Shown here one piece after another: positions 8,365-16,963 of a stretch of 22,789 bases of DNA. This DNA is from an archaeon. Lineage in GTDB: Archaea; Iainarchaeota; Iainarchaeia; Iainarchaeales; 1-14-0-10-31-34. Each line of letters opens with the position of its first letter. Within the stretch, counting starts at the first letter, position 1. The position numbers and the translations under genes were made by a program. Location of the stretch: positions 1 to 22,789 of the forward strand of contig JBDRIL010000046.1 in assembly GCA_043815885.1 (NCBI GenBank), in the 5' to 3' direction. The notes below the pieces were generated by a model. That model ran no database searches, was not told where the DNA came from, and was given only the letters and a program-made list of their open reading frames with translations.

Positions 8365-9597
8365 ATGAATATAGATGAAGTGAGAAAGGATTTCCCTATA
8401 CTAGAGAAAAAGATTGACGGAAAACCAATCATTTACTTGGATAATGCCGCTACCTCTCTCAAGCCAATCCAAGTTATTGATGCAATCAAGTACTATTATT
8501 CTGAAGCGACTGCAAACATTCACAGGGGGGCACACAAATTAAGCGATGAAGCCTCTGAGGCTTATGAAAAATGCCATGAAAGGATTGCTTCATTTATTGG
8601 AGCAAAGAAAGAGGAATTTGTTTTCTGCAAGAACACAACTGAAGCAATAAACGGAATAGCTATTTCCTTGCAGAGAGACAATTTTTTCCATGAAGGAGAC
8701 GAAATACTTGTAAGCAAAATGGAACACCATTCCAATCTTGTTCCATGGCAGATGGCTGCAAAATACAATAAAGCAAAATTGAATTTCATTGAAGTAAAGG
8801 AAGACTTTTCCCTGGATTTAGAGGATTTAGAGAAGAAAGTGAATGAAAAGACTAAATTGATTGCTGTAGCGCATGCATCCAATACAATTGGAACAATCAA
8901 TCCAGTAAAGGAAATAAGCAAAATTGCCCACGACCATAATGCATTGATTTTAGTTGACGCTGCGCAATCAGTCCCGCACATGGAAGTGAATGCAAAAAAA
9001 ATGGATGCAGACTTTCTTGCTTTTTCAGGCCATAAAATGTTAGGCCCAACTTCTTCCGGAGGATTTTATGGGAGAAAGGAATTGCTGGAAAAAATTCCTC
9101 CATTCTTTTTTGGAGGGGGAATGATTCAGGAAGTGAGCTTAGAGGGAGCAAAATGGACTACACTTCCATGGAAATTTGAGGCAGGCACTCCGGGGATAGG
9201 GGAATGCATTGGTTTGGGCAAGGCAGTAGAATACCTGAAAAAAATTGGAATGAATGAAGTAAGGAAACACGAAAAAGAATTAATTAAGTATTCATTCAAG
9301 AAACTGGAGGAAATTAATTCAGCGGAAAAATTAATTTTCTATAATCCAAGAGATGAGGAAAAGCAGGTTGGAATACTATTGTTTGAAGCAAAGGGAATCG
9401 AGGCCCATGATTTAGCTTTAGCGTTGGATGAAACAGAAAACATTGCTGTAAGGAGCGGAATGCACTGCGCTGAACCACTTGTAAGCTCATACAATGAAAA
9501 AGGATTGGTCAGAGGTTCATTTTATCTGTACAACTCAAAGGAAGAAATCGATTTATTTTCAGAAGCATTAGACAAGGTAATCAAGACCCTTGGATGA
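8365..9597 (+). CDS. sufS: Cysteine desulfurase, group II (SufS/CsdA family)
   Basis: YLDNAATSLKP, ANIHRG, MEHHSN, DAAQS, SGHKMLGP (PLP lysine), KFEAGTP, RSGMHCA (group II catalytic Cys). Confidence 0.93.
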   Translation: MNIDEVRKDFPILEKKIDGKPIIYLDNAATSLKPIQVIDAIKYYYSEATANIHRGAHKLSDEASEAYEKCHERIASFIGAKKEEFVFCKNTTEAINGIAISLQRDNFFHEGDEILVSKMEHHSNLVPWQMAAKYNKAKLNFIEVKEDFSLDLEDLEKKVNEKTKLIAVAHASNTIGTINPVKEISKIAHDHNALILVDAAQSVPHMEVNAKKMDADFLAFSGHKMLGPTSSGGFYGRKELLEKIPPFFFGGGMIQEVSLEGAKWTTLPWKFEAGTPGIGECIGLGKAVEYLKKIGMNEVRKHEKELIKYSFKKLEEINSAEKLIFYNPRDEEKQVGILLFEAKGIEAHDLALALDETENIAVRSGMHCAEPLVSSYNEKGLVRGSFYLYNSKEEIDLFSEALDKVIKTLG

Positions 9598-9601
9598 TTG
9601 A

Positions 9602-10444
9602 ATGTTTCAGTTCTTTTATGCACTGGCTGTAGTGTTTTCCTGGGGTTCAGCAATCATCTTTGATAAAAAAGCATTAGAGAAACTTAATCCATTCAATGCA
9701 TTGAGTGTAAGGTATTTTTTTTCCTTTATTCTGGTAATTATTTCAACCCTGGTTTTTAGTGAAGTGAGGTTTCCTTCAATTGAATTCCTTCCATACATTC
9801 TTTTCACGTGTTTGATTGGGAGTGCTGCAATAATCTTTTTCTTCAAGGCAGTGAAGGAAACAGATGCAAGCCTTGCTACAGCAATTGCAAAAAACTCCTT
9901 TCTGGTTACTGTTGCAATCTCAATCATTTTCTTGAATGAAACCATTTCACTCATTCAATTCATTGCTGTTCTATTGATTGTTTCCTCGATTTTTTTTCTT
10001 TCAATTGAAAGAAAAGAAAATAAATTTGTTTTAGGGAAAGGAGTGGTTTTTGCTTTACTGACTCTTGTGGGATGGGGCGCATACTTTGCCATGATAAAGC
10101 CCATTGTACTGGAACTGAATCCATTCAATGCAGCATTATTCACTGAAAGCATTATCTTCTTCATGATTCTGGTTTACTCTGTTGGAACAAAAAAAGAATT
10201 CAAGCTGAATGAAAGAAAATCCAATATCTTCCTCTTTGCAAATGCAGTTCTTTTAATCATTGGACTGCTTTCCTACAATTATTCCATTACATTAATCGGC
10301 GCTTCCCTTACAGCAATAATCGTTGCTCCAAGCCCAATCCTGACTTCAGTTCTTGCAAGAATATTCCTCAAAGAAAGGCTCTCCAAAACAAAATACATTG
10401 CAATAATTGTCTCAATAACTGGATTGGTTTTATTGTTTATTTAA
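9602..10444 (+). CDS. EamA / DMT family transporter
   Basis: 280 aa, ~10 TM segments, two internal repeats (WG...LNPFNA twice; FLNETIS and FLKERLS). Confidence 0.9.
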   Translation: MFQFFYALAVVFSWGSAIIFDKKALEKLNPFNALSVRYFFSFILVIISTLVFSEVRFPSIEFLPYILFTCLIGSAAIIFFFKAVKETDASLATAIAKNSFLVTVAISIIFLNETISLIQFIAVLLIVSSIFFLSIERKENKFVLGKGVVFALLTLVGWGAYFAMIKPIVLELNPFNAALFTESIIFFMILVYSVGTKKEFKLNERKSNIFLFANAVLLIIGLLSYNYSITLIGASLTAIIVAPSPILTSVLARIFLKERLSKTKYIAIIVSITGLVLLFI

Positions 10445-10889
10445 CAATTTCAGCAACAATCATGCCTTCATTGGATTCAATTATTTCCTTTGGAGAGATT
10501 TTAAGAAAGAGGTTTTCTTTTCCTGCAGGAGAGAAAACGAATTCTTTTCCCTCAATTTTTTTATCCATTATTGTTTTTATCCCGTAAACGCTTACTGGAG
10601 GAATCAATCCTTCTTCATAACCAGTAATTTCAAGAGCTTCGTTTGGAGATGCCTCCAAGAAAAATTTTACGTTGACCAATTTTTTTGCTTTTGTTTCATC
10701 GAGTTTGTCTGATGCAAGGAAAATAATGAGAAAGGGTTCCTGGATTGAATCGAGAAAGGGTTTAACTGAAATGAATTCACTGAACGAACATTTAAGTTCC
10801 TTTAGAGCGTTTTTCAGGGAATACGCTGGTTTCTCTAATTTAATGAGTTCAGCCTTCAATTCGTTGACTTCAATGAAATCTTCAAGCAT
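10437..10889 (-). CDS. YbaK/EbsC (aminoacyl-tRNA editing domain) family protein, 150 aa
   Basis: SVK motif, ASPNEALEITGYEEGLIPPV (TGYxxGxxPP), LKISPKEI. The ATG at 10889 gives the typical length and removes overlap with the divergent gene. Confidence 0.8.
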   Translation of the reverse strand: MLEDFIEVNELKAELIKLEKPAYSLKNALKELKCSFSEFISVKPFLDSIQEPFLIIFLASDKLDETKAKKLVNVKFFLEASPNEALEITGYEEGLIPPVSVYGIKTIMDKKIEGKEFVFSPAGKENLFLKISPKEIIESNEGMIVAEIVK

Positions 10890-10904
10890 TTTAGATAATT
10901 TTCG

Positions 10905-10921
10905 GGAAAAAGATTTAAAAA
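10905..10921 (+). promoter_or_regulatory. Putative archaeal BRE + TATA box
   Basis: Purine-rich GGAAAAAGA followed by TTTAAAA (10914-10920), ~32 nt upstream of the ATG at 10952. Confidence 0.45.
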
Positions 10922-10925
10922 CAAC

Positions 10926-10945
10926 TTCCCTTATCATTAAGGGAA
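10926..10945. promoter_or_regulatory. Perfect inverted repeat TTCCCTTA-N4-TAAGGGAA, candidate operator
   Basis: 8-bp perfect arms with a 4-nt spacer, between the TATA-like box and the start codon in a divergent intergenic region. Confidence 0.5.
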
Positions 10946-10951
10946 CAGCAA

Positions 10952-11662
10952 ATGAACAAAAAAACACTGGTTGCAGCAGTATTGATGGTGGCAGTAATTG
11001 CCCTGGTTTCAGTATATATTTACATGCAGGAAGCATTCAATTATGAAGCCTTCTTGTTTGCTTTTGCGCCAACTTTTTTGGCTGGATTGATTGTAGTAAT
11101 GGTTATTTACTTTATAGTGAAAAGAAGGCATCAGCCGATTGTTGCGCCAGCAGCTGAAATGATAGAACAAAAGGAAATAAAGACAATGGACAAAATGAAG
11201 GTGGAAGAAAAAGAGCCAAAGGGAATGGAGCAATTCGAGGAAATGGAAATAAAGGAGAAAGCCGAAGAAATGCCTGAAGAGCGAATAGAGGAAGATATTC
11301 CTGAAGAAGGAAAAGAAATGATTCCTGAAGAAGGAATAGAAGAAAAACAGGAATTTAAAGAAAGAGAGATTAAAGAAGAAATTAAGGAAGAAAAAAAAGA
11401 CATAATACCAAAAGAAATAGAGGAAGAGAAGGGATTCCGAAGGGAAGAAAAAAGAGTTGAAGAGAAAAAGCTTAGCCTGAAAGAACTCATTCCATCAAAA
11501 GGATTAAGCCCAGATGAAGAAGAAGAAGTAACAAAGATAGTTGATGCATTGAAGGAAAAAAAGGAGCAGTACACGCAGGAAGAAACCAGGGAAGCAATGA
11601 AGAGACTAGGGTATAATGAAAGCATAATAAGTGAGGCACTTAAAAGAATTTACTCTGAATAA
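10952..11662 (+). CDS. Hypothetical membrane protein: two N-terminal hydrophobic segments, Glu/Lys-rich linker, small C-terminal helical module
   Basis: Hydrophobic aa 6-24 and 33-56; low-complexity linker with PEE repeats; C-terminus EAMKRLGYNESIISEALKRIY. Confidence 0.8.
   Translation: MNKKTLVAAVLMVAVIALVSVYIYMQEAFNYEAFLFAFAPTFLAGLIVVMVIYFIVKRRHQPIVAPAAEMIEQKEIKTMDKMKVEEKEPKGMEQFEEMEIKEKAEEMPEERIEEDIPEEGKEMIPEEGIEEKQEFKEREIKEEIKEEKKDIIPKEIEEEKGFRREEKRVEEKKLSLKELIPSKGLSPDEEEEVTKIVDALKEKKEQYTQEETREAMKRLGYNESIISEALKRIYSE
11297..11336 (+). repeat. 16-nt direct repeat (ATTCCTGAAGAAGGAA, 24-nt period) encoding IPEEG
   Basis: Identical copies at 11297-11312 and 11321-11336; a degenerate MPEER copy lies upstream. 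Confidence 0.7.
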
Positions 11663-11712
11663 AGGCATTAATTTAAATATTACTTTTGCCATCTATAATT
11701 CAGTGAGATGAA

Positions 11713-12852
11713 TTGAACAAATTTTTATTGATTGCAGGAATTCTGCTGTTTTTTCTGATTTTACTAGCCAATGTTAACGCTCAGGAGGACTTGAACAGTT
11801 CAAGGGAATGGAGGATTGAATTCAACAAGGATTTAAGCGTAAAACAGGATTTTAAGGTTGAGGGAGTCCTCCCGGAAGAAGTGATTGGATGGGGGAAGGA
11901 TTGTTCAAAAAAGTTAATGGAAAAAATAGATGCAAAGGCATTGGTATTGCAGAACAACATAGTTAAATTAAAGGCAGATCCTAACCTGGATGAAAACGAG
12001 GTAAAGGAATTAAGTGAAGTCATTTACTCTGCAGTAAACGCTCTAATCAGGATGAAGTCAACTATATCATGCACTCTATTAAAGGAAGAAGGCGGGAAAG
12101 GAGTATTGAATTACTCCTTTGTATTGGATAAAGGAGTCATTGATTCATTGAAGAGAGCAAAGGAAGATGAAAGAAATTTCTCAATAAGCAGGGACAACGG
12201 AAAGATAAGGGTTTCCTTCAAGGCTATTGAAGACAATGAATTAATTGAAAGCAAGACAAAGAAGCTTACAATAAAGGTGGAAGGAGAATTAATTGAATTA
12301 AAAAGAGAGGACTACAAACAGGTTGGAGCAGAATTTGTTTTCCCTGATTTTGATTCAGTTGAAAACAGTACAGTAAAACTGGTTTATGGGATTGAAGAAG
12401 ATGGAAAAAAAGAGGAAGAAGGATCATTGTTTGGGGGGCTTGATTCAATCTTTTCTGGAATAACCGCCTCAAGCATATTGCTGTATGGAGCAATTGGATT
12501 TGTTTTTCTTGTAATCGTTATTGCTGTAATCATTTTAGTGAAGAAAATAAAGAAGAAAAAAGAGAAAGAAGAGGAAGAGGAAGAATTAACTGATAAAGAA
12601 AAGCTTGAGAAAAAGGTATTGGATAGGGGAAAGGGAAAATCCGCTGCCTATATGGAAGAGGTTGAAGAAAAGCCGGGTAAAAGAGAAAAAAAAGGAAACG
12701 GAAAAGAGGAAGTAGAAAAGTTATATGATATCCTCAAAGAACATAAAGATGAATTCGATTACGAACAGGTAAAAAAAGCTGTATTGATACAGGGTTATTC
12801 AGAAGGAGTAGCTGAAAACGTAGCAAAAAAAATTTATCCAAAAGAAGGGTAA
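11713..12852 (+). CDS. Hypothetical single-pass membrane protein (signal peptide, external domain, TM, charged tail, C-terminal helical module)
   Basis: TTG start; signal peptide ending ANVNA; TM LLYGAIGFVFLVIVIAVIILV followed by KKIKKKK; TATA-like TTTAAATA at 11672-11679. Confidence 0.8.
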   Translation: MNKFLLIAGILLFFLILLANVNAQEDLNSSREWRIEFNKDLSVKQDFKVEGVLPEEVIGWGKDCSKKLMEKIDAKALVLQNNIVKLKADPNLDENEVKELSEVIYSAVNALIRMKSTISCTLLKEEGGKGVLNYSFVLDKGVIDSLKRAKEDERNFSISRDNGKIRVSFKAIEDNELIESKTKKLTIKVEGELIELKREDYKQVGAEFVFPDFDSVENSTVKLVYGIEEDGKKEEEGSLFGGLDSIFSGITASSILLYGAIGFVFLVIVIAVIILVKKIKKKKEKEEEEEELTDKEKLEKKVLDRGKGKSAAYMEEVEEKPGKREKKGNGKEEVEKLYDILKEHKDEFDYEQVKKAVLIQGYSEGVAENVAKKIYPKEG

Positions 12853-12862
12853 GCAGGAATCC

Positions 12863-15379
12863 CTATAATCCTGCTTCTTTCCTTAGTTTTTCAGCTAAAT
12901 CTGTTTTCTCCCAAGTGAATTCCGCTTCCTCTCTACCGAAATGACCGTAAACTGAAGTCTTTCTGTAGATCGGCCTTCTAAGATTAAGTTGTTCTATCAT
13001 TCCATTTGCGTCAAGCTTGAAGTGCTTCTTCACTAAATCGTATATTTTTCCGTTTTCAAGCTTTTCTGTTCTGAAAGTGTCAATCATCAGTGAGAGCGGT
13101 TCACTGCCTCCAATTACATATGAAAGCTGGACTTCACATTTCTCAGCCAAACCTGCTTTCACTAAATTCTTTGCAATATATCTCGCCATGTATGCCGCTG
13201 TTTTGTCCACTTTCGTACAGTCCTTCCCGGAATTATGGCAAACGAATCCATTTGCAGTAAATGTGTGGCTCTCTGGCACTAATAAATCATATACGTGAGC
13301 AAAGGATTCTTTAATGCTTTCTACTTTTGCATAATAGTTATTCATTTCAAGCAATAATTCAAGTTCCCTGAACTCTTTCTCATCCTCCAGTTTTTCCTTA
13401 TACACTTTCAAAAAATCCTTGAGCTTATTGTAGGTTAATTCTTTTGTTGCCTTTCCTTTCCTGCTTCTTGCAAACCTTCCAATTTTAGATTCATCTCTTT
13501 GTCTTTCTCTCGATATTAATTTATCCCAAAGTTTTTTGATCTTTTTTTGTTGATGTGAAATAATGAAATACTCTTTACATGAATCTATGCTTATTGAATT
13601 TAGTAATTTTTGTTTCCTTGGCAAACAAAACCCTATTTCTTCTTTAAAAATCTTAACGCTCTCCATACCTTTTATCCTTAAGGCATAAATTAGCCTTCTA
13701 GTTGTTACTTCCCTTTCTTTGATTTTAGATTTTGCCCCAATCCTGTCTATCGTTTGAATGTTTGAAATTATCCCAAAATTCAAGAGCAGCTGCTGAACCT
13801 GTTGGACCAATGTATATGAAGTTGAAACAAGCTTTATGTCAGGAAAGCTTTTATTTCTCCCATGGAATCTTACGCCGCCATCAGTATCAAATAATCCTCT
13901 CAGAAATGCTGCCACTGCTTCGTTTGGGGCATTGAAAATTTTTTCAGGAACTTCCTTTTCCCAAGCTCTTTTATAATCCAAACCAACATATTTTAAGTAG
14001 GCTCTAAGTTCAACACCGGCAACATACGCCCAGTGCCCAAAAAATTTCCATTTGTTTCCAAAAAGTTTATTATATAACTTCCCAATATTTTTTTTCTGTT
14101 CTTCTTCACAAACACAGATAGCAATTGCACCATCCATCATACAATTACCGTCTCCAACCAACAAACCGAGCAGGTACGCATAATCTGATGTTAATTCTTT
14201 TGGCAAATTAAATTTATTTTTTCTTTTCTCTTTAGTTCCTCTCTTGTAAGTATATGAAAAACTGCTTAAATCAACTTTTTCTCCAAATAATCTATTTTTC
14301 CTATGGATTGCAACAAAATCCCCTATCTTTAATTTGTCAAACCTTCTCCAAACATAATTTCCTTGCACATCAATGACTCTAATACATTGATTTTTTGAAC
14401 CCTCTAATGAATAACCGTCTTTTGTTGAAACCACAAGTGTTTCCATTACATCATTATCATACCACTCTTTTGCTGGCATTGGATGTATATCCGTTTTAAT
14501 TAATAAATTATTTTTTACAGTATCGCTTAAGTTCTTTATTTTTTCTAAACCTTTCTGAGTGTTTACTAAAGAGTTTCCTTCAATACAGAAGGCGCCTCCT
14601 CCGTGATTGCCTACTCCTCCATAGGTGTCAGCAATAATCTTTCTTCCAGTCATTCCTGAATCAGCCACTGGGCCTCCAATAACAAATCTTCCAGTATTGT
14701 TGATGAAGTAATTGGTTTTGTCGTCAATCCATTTCTTGCATACAGGCTTTATCACTTTTTCCTTTATGTCTTTCCTCAGTTTTTCAATCTCTACATCTGG
14801 GTCGTGCTGTGCTGCAATAACCACTGAATCAATTCTCTTGGGTTTCCCGTCAATGTATTCTGCTGTAATCTGAGTTTTTCCGTCAGGCCGAAGGTAAGGC
14901 AGTTCCCCGGATTTCCTTACTTCACTTAATTTTTTTGCAAGCCTGTTGGAAAGAAGTATTGGAAGAGGCATTAATTCAGGCGTTTCGTTGGTGGCATACC
15001 CAGACATCATTCCCTGGTCGCCTGCTCCTAACTGCTTATCTCCTCCTTCATCCACCCCCATAGCAATATCCGCAGACTGCTCATGGATTGAGGTAAGCAC
15101 TCCAACAGTATTATAGTCAAATCCATACTTTGGATCGTCATAGCCAATTTCCTTCAATACCTTTCTAACAAGCTTTGATACATCAACATAGGTTTTGGTT
15201 GTAACCTCTCCAGTCACTATCACAAAACCCATTCCAACCATGCACTCGCATGCAACCCTTGAATTAGGGTCGCCCTTCATAATGTAATCCAGGATCTCAT
15301 CACTTATCTGGTCGCATACCTTATCCGGATGGCCTTCAGTCATTGCCTCTGAAGTAAACAAAAAATTGCCTGTTCTCAT
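12863..15379 (-). CDS. metK: S-adenosylmethionine synthetase, bacterial/eukaryotic type, intein-containing (838-aa precursor, 386 aa spliced)
   Basis: [70 protein letters not shown]. Likely start is the ATG at 15379, with GGAGG 7 nt upstream (15387-15391). Confidence 0.97.
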   Translation of the reverse strand: MRTGNFLFTSEAMTEGHPDKVCDQISDEILDYIMKGDPNSRVACECMVGMGFVIVTGEVTTKTYVDVSKLVRKVLKEIGYDDPKYGFDYNTVGVLTSIHEQSADIAMGVDEGGDKQLGAGDQGMMSGYATNETPELMPLPILLSNRLAKKLSEVRKSGELPYLRPDGKTQITAEYIDGKPKRIDSVVIAAQHDPDVEIEKLRKDIKEKVIKPVCKKWIDDKTNYFINNTGRFVIGGPVADSGMTGRKIIADTYGGVGNHGGGAFCIEGNSLVNTQKGLEKIKNLSDTVKNNLLIKTDIHPMPAKEWYDNDVMETLVVSTKDGYSLEGSKNQCIRVIDVQGNYVWRRFDKLKIGDFVAIHRKNRLFGEKVDLSSFSYTYKRGTKEKRKNKFNLPKELTSDYAYLLGLLVGDGNCMMDGAIAICVCEEEQKKNIGKLYNKLFGNKWKFFGHWAYVAGVELRAYLKYVGLDYKRAWEKEVPEKIFNAPNEAVAAFLRGLFDTDGGVRFHGRNKSFPDIKLVSTSYTLVQQVQQLLLNFGIISNIQTIDRIGAKSKIKEREVTTRRLIYALRIKGMESVKIFKEEIGFCLPRKQKLLNSISIDSCKEYFIISHQQKKIKKLWDKLISRERQRDESKIGRFARSRKGKATKELTYNKLKDFLKVYKEKLEDEKEFRELELLLEMNNYYAKVESIKESFAHVYDLLVPESHTFTANGFVCHNSGKDCTKVDKTAAYMARYIAKNLVKAGLAEKCEVQLSYVIGGSEPLSLMIDTFRTEKLENGKIYDLVKKHFKLDANGMIEQLNLRRPIYRKTSVYGHFGREEAEFTWEKTDLAEKLRKEAGL
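13232..14587 (-). mobile_element. Intein (452 aa) with LAGLIDADG homing endonuclease, inserted in metK
   Basis: Starts CIEGNSLV (block A) and ends [21 protein letters not shown] (blocks F/G), followed by Ser+1. Two dodecapeptide motifs: [10 protein letters not shown] and [10 protein letters not shown]. Excision restores GGGAFSGKD. Confidence 0.97.
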
Positions 15380-15462
15380 AAAATTTCCTCCTCTAAAAAG
15401 ACGATAGAAGAAAAAAAGAAGCATATATTTATAATAATAATTACAATGATAAATATTCATAA

Positions 15463-16056
15463 ATGAATAATAAAACTCCCTCCCTGCTTCCGGAACTGGA
15501 AGAGATAAAGGCAAAGAGAAAAGAATTGGGTATGACACAGACAGGATTGTCAAAACTGAGTGGTGTTTCCCAGCCATTGATTGCAAAGATTGAGGCAGGA
15601 AAGGTAATTCCTTCCTATGAGAACGCAAGGAAACTGTTTAATTCGCTTGGAAAAATAAGTACTGAAAGCTTTGTTACTGCGGAAGAGATAATGCATTTTC
15701 CACTGATTCATGTGAATGAAAATGAATCCATTGAGAGGGTAATTAAATTAATGAACAGGCATGGAATAAGCCAGATTCCTGTTTTGATGAAGAATGCCTC
15801 TATAGGGGTTATTGCAGAGGAAACCATGATTGAAAGAATCTCCAGGAGAAAGTCTTCAACCAAGGCAAAAGAAGTAATGGAATCCTCCCTCCCGATAATT
15901 GAAAGCTCGACAGAAATGGCTGCAATCAGCTCGCTTCTCAATTACAACAAGGCGGTGTTGGTGAGAAAAAAGGGAAGAATGGCGGGAATAATAACCAAAA
16001 CAGACCTGATTCAGAGAATGGTTAAGGCAGAGAGAAAAACAAGAAAAAAAGAGTAA
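15463..16056 (+). CDS. Transcriptional regulator, XRE-type HTH plus tandem CBS domains (COG3620-like)
   Basis: [29 protein letters not shown] (HTH); TAEEIM...GISQIPV...GIITKTDL (CBS pair). Confidence 0.92.
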   Translation: MNNKTPSLLPELEEIKAKRKELGMTQTGLSKLSGVSQPLIAKIEAGKVIPSYENARKLFNSLGKISTESFVTAEEIMHFPLIHVNENESIERVIKLMNRHGISQIPVLMKNASIGVIAEETMIERISRRKSSTKAKEVMESSLPIIESSTEMAAISSLLNYNKAVLVRKKGRMAGIITKTDLIQRMVKAERKTRKKE

Positions 16057-16112
16057 AACGTTATGTTTAAAAATAATGTTATGCCTAATTAGTAATAACA
16101 AAATAACGTTTT
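16055..16112. promoter_or_regulatory. Nested inverted repeats built from YGTTAT/ATAACR half-sites
   Basis: AAAACGTTAT (16055-64) and ATAACGTTTT (16103-12) are exact reverse complements. Inside them is TGTTAT-gc-CTAATTAG-ta-ATAACA (16077-16100). Confidence 0.5.
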
Positions 16113-16129
16113 TTATAGTGGTTTATCAG

Positions 16130-16948
16130 ATGTTATTCAAGAGAATGATTGTTCCAGTGTTCTTGGTGCTCGTTTTTCTAATTTTCGCTCAAAGCGTTTC
16201 AGCTGAGGAAAATTACAGCATAAGGTTTTTCGGGGAACCAAAGGAACTGGGATTGCTTATAGAGAATCCATTTGATGAAAAGAAAGAACTAGAGATAGAA
16301 CTGTTTTCTCCGATTGAATTCGAGTTTTTGGATGGAGTTCCCTCTTACATTAAGGCAGGAGAGGAATTAAAGCTGATGGTAAAGTTTTATCCAAGAGAGG
16401 AATTGACTGGTTCTGTTTATGAATCAACTCTCTTAATCAGGATAGGGGAAAAAGAGGTTGAGAAGAGCATTATAATGGAATTCAATAAGAGGTTTTCCTG
16501 CCCGGTTAATTTTTCCTTTAATTACAATACCTTAAAGAATAATGGAGAAGACGTAATAGAATTAATTGTTTCCCTTGAGAATACCTCTCTGAATGAAACA
16601 AAACTCAGTTTTGCAGGAATTGAGGGCCTTCCAGAAGACTGGGAAGTAAAGCCTTCAAAAAAGCTTATTTCTTTGGATGGATCAGAAGAAAGGGAATTCG
16701 TAATTATAATTACCCCTAAATCCTCTTTTGAGGAAAAAGCCACTGTTAATTTCTTTTGTTCCGGATTTGAATTGAAAAAGGATTTAAGAATTAATTACAA
16801 GCCGAATGCCACGCTTCTTCCGGGATTAGCTAGTTTATTTGAACCTTCTTCTTTGCCTTCAATGAATTTATTTGACGTCTTCCTTGTATTCATTGCAGCA
16901 GTCTTGCTCATAGCATTTATTTCAAGGTTAGTGAAGAGACTTTACTGA
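16130..16948 (+). CDS. Secreted, C-terminally anchored protein with ~2 Ig-like (COG1470/NEW3-like) domains
   Basis: Signal peptide ending SVSA (start 16130 or 16145); LENTS...GLPEDW...L.GSEE..F.I.ITP pattern; C-terminal TM plus basic tail. Confidence 0.75.
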   Translation: MLFKRMIVPVFLVLVFLIFAQSVSAEENYSIRFFGEPKELGLLIENPFDEKKELEIELFSPIEFEFLDGVPSYIKAGEELKLMVKFYPREELTGSVYESTLLIRIGEKEVEKSIIMEFNKRFSCPVNFSFNYNTLKNNGEDVIELIVSLENTSLNETKLSFAGIEGLPEDWEVKPSKKLISLDGSEEREFVIIITPKSSFEEKATVNFFCSGFELKKDLRINYKPNATLLPGLASLFEPSSLPSMNLFDVFLVFIAAVLLIAFISRLVKRLY

Positions 16949-16963
16949 AAAGGAGTTGAAAAA

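Noticed and set aside
9686..10132. Repeated AATCCATTCAATGCA in the EamA gene
   Set aside because: It encodes NPFNA in both halves of the known two-fold internal repeat of DMT transporters; not a mobile-element or CRISPR repeat.
10890..11036. 49-aa N-terminal extension of the YbaK-like ORF
   Set aside because: It overlaps the divergent gene and its promoter; the ATG at 10889 gives a typical domain length.
15380..15462. SAM riboswitch upstream of metK
   Set aside because: The gap is only 83 nt, very AT-rich, shared with a divergent promoter, and has no recognisable SAM-riboswitch helices.
15380..15628. 83-aa N-terminal extension of MetK in the ORF track
   Set aside because: It overlaps the HTH-CBS gene on the opposite strand; MetK homology and a GGAGG RBS point to the ATG at 15379.
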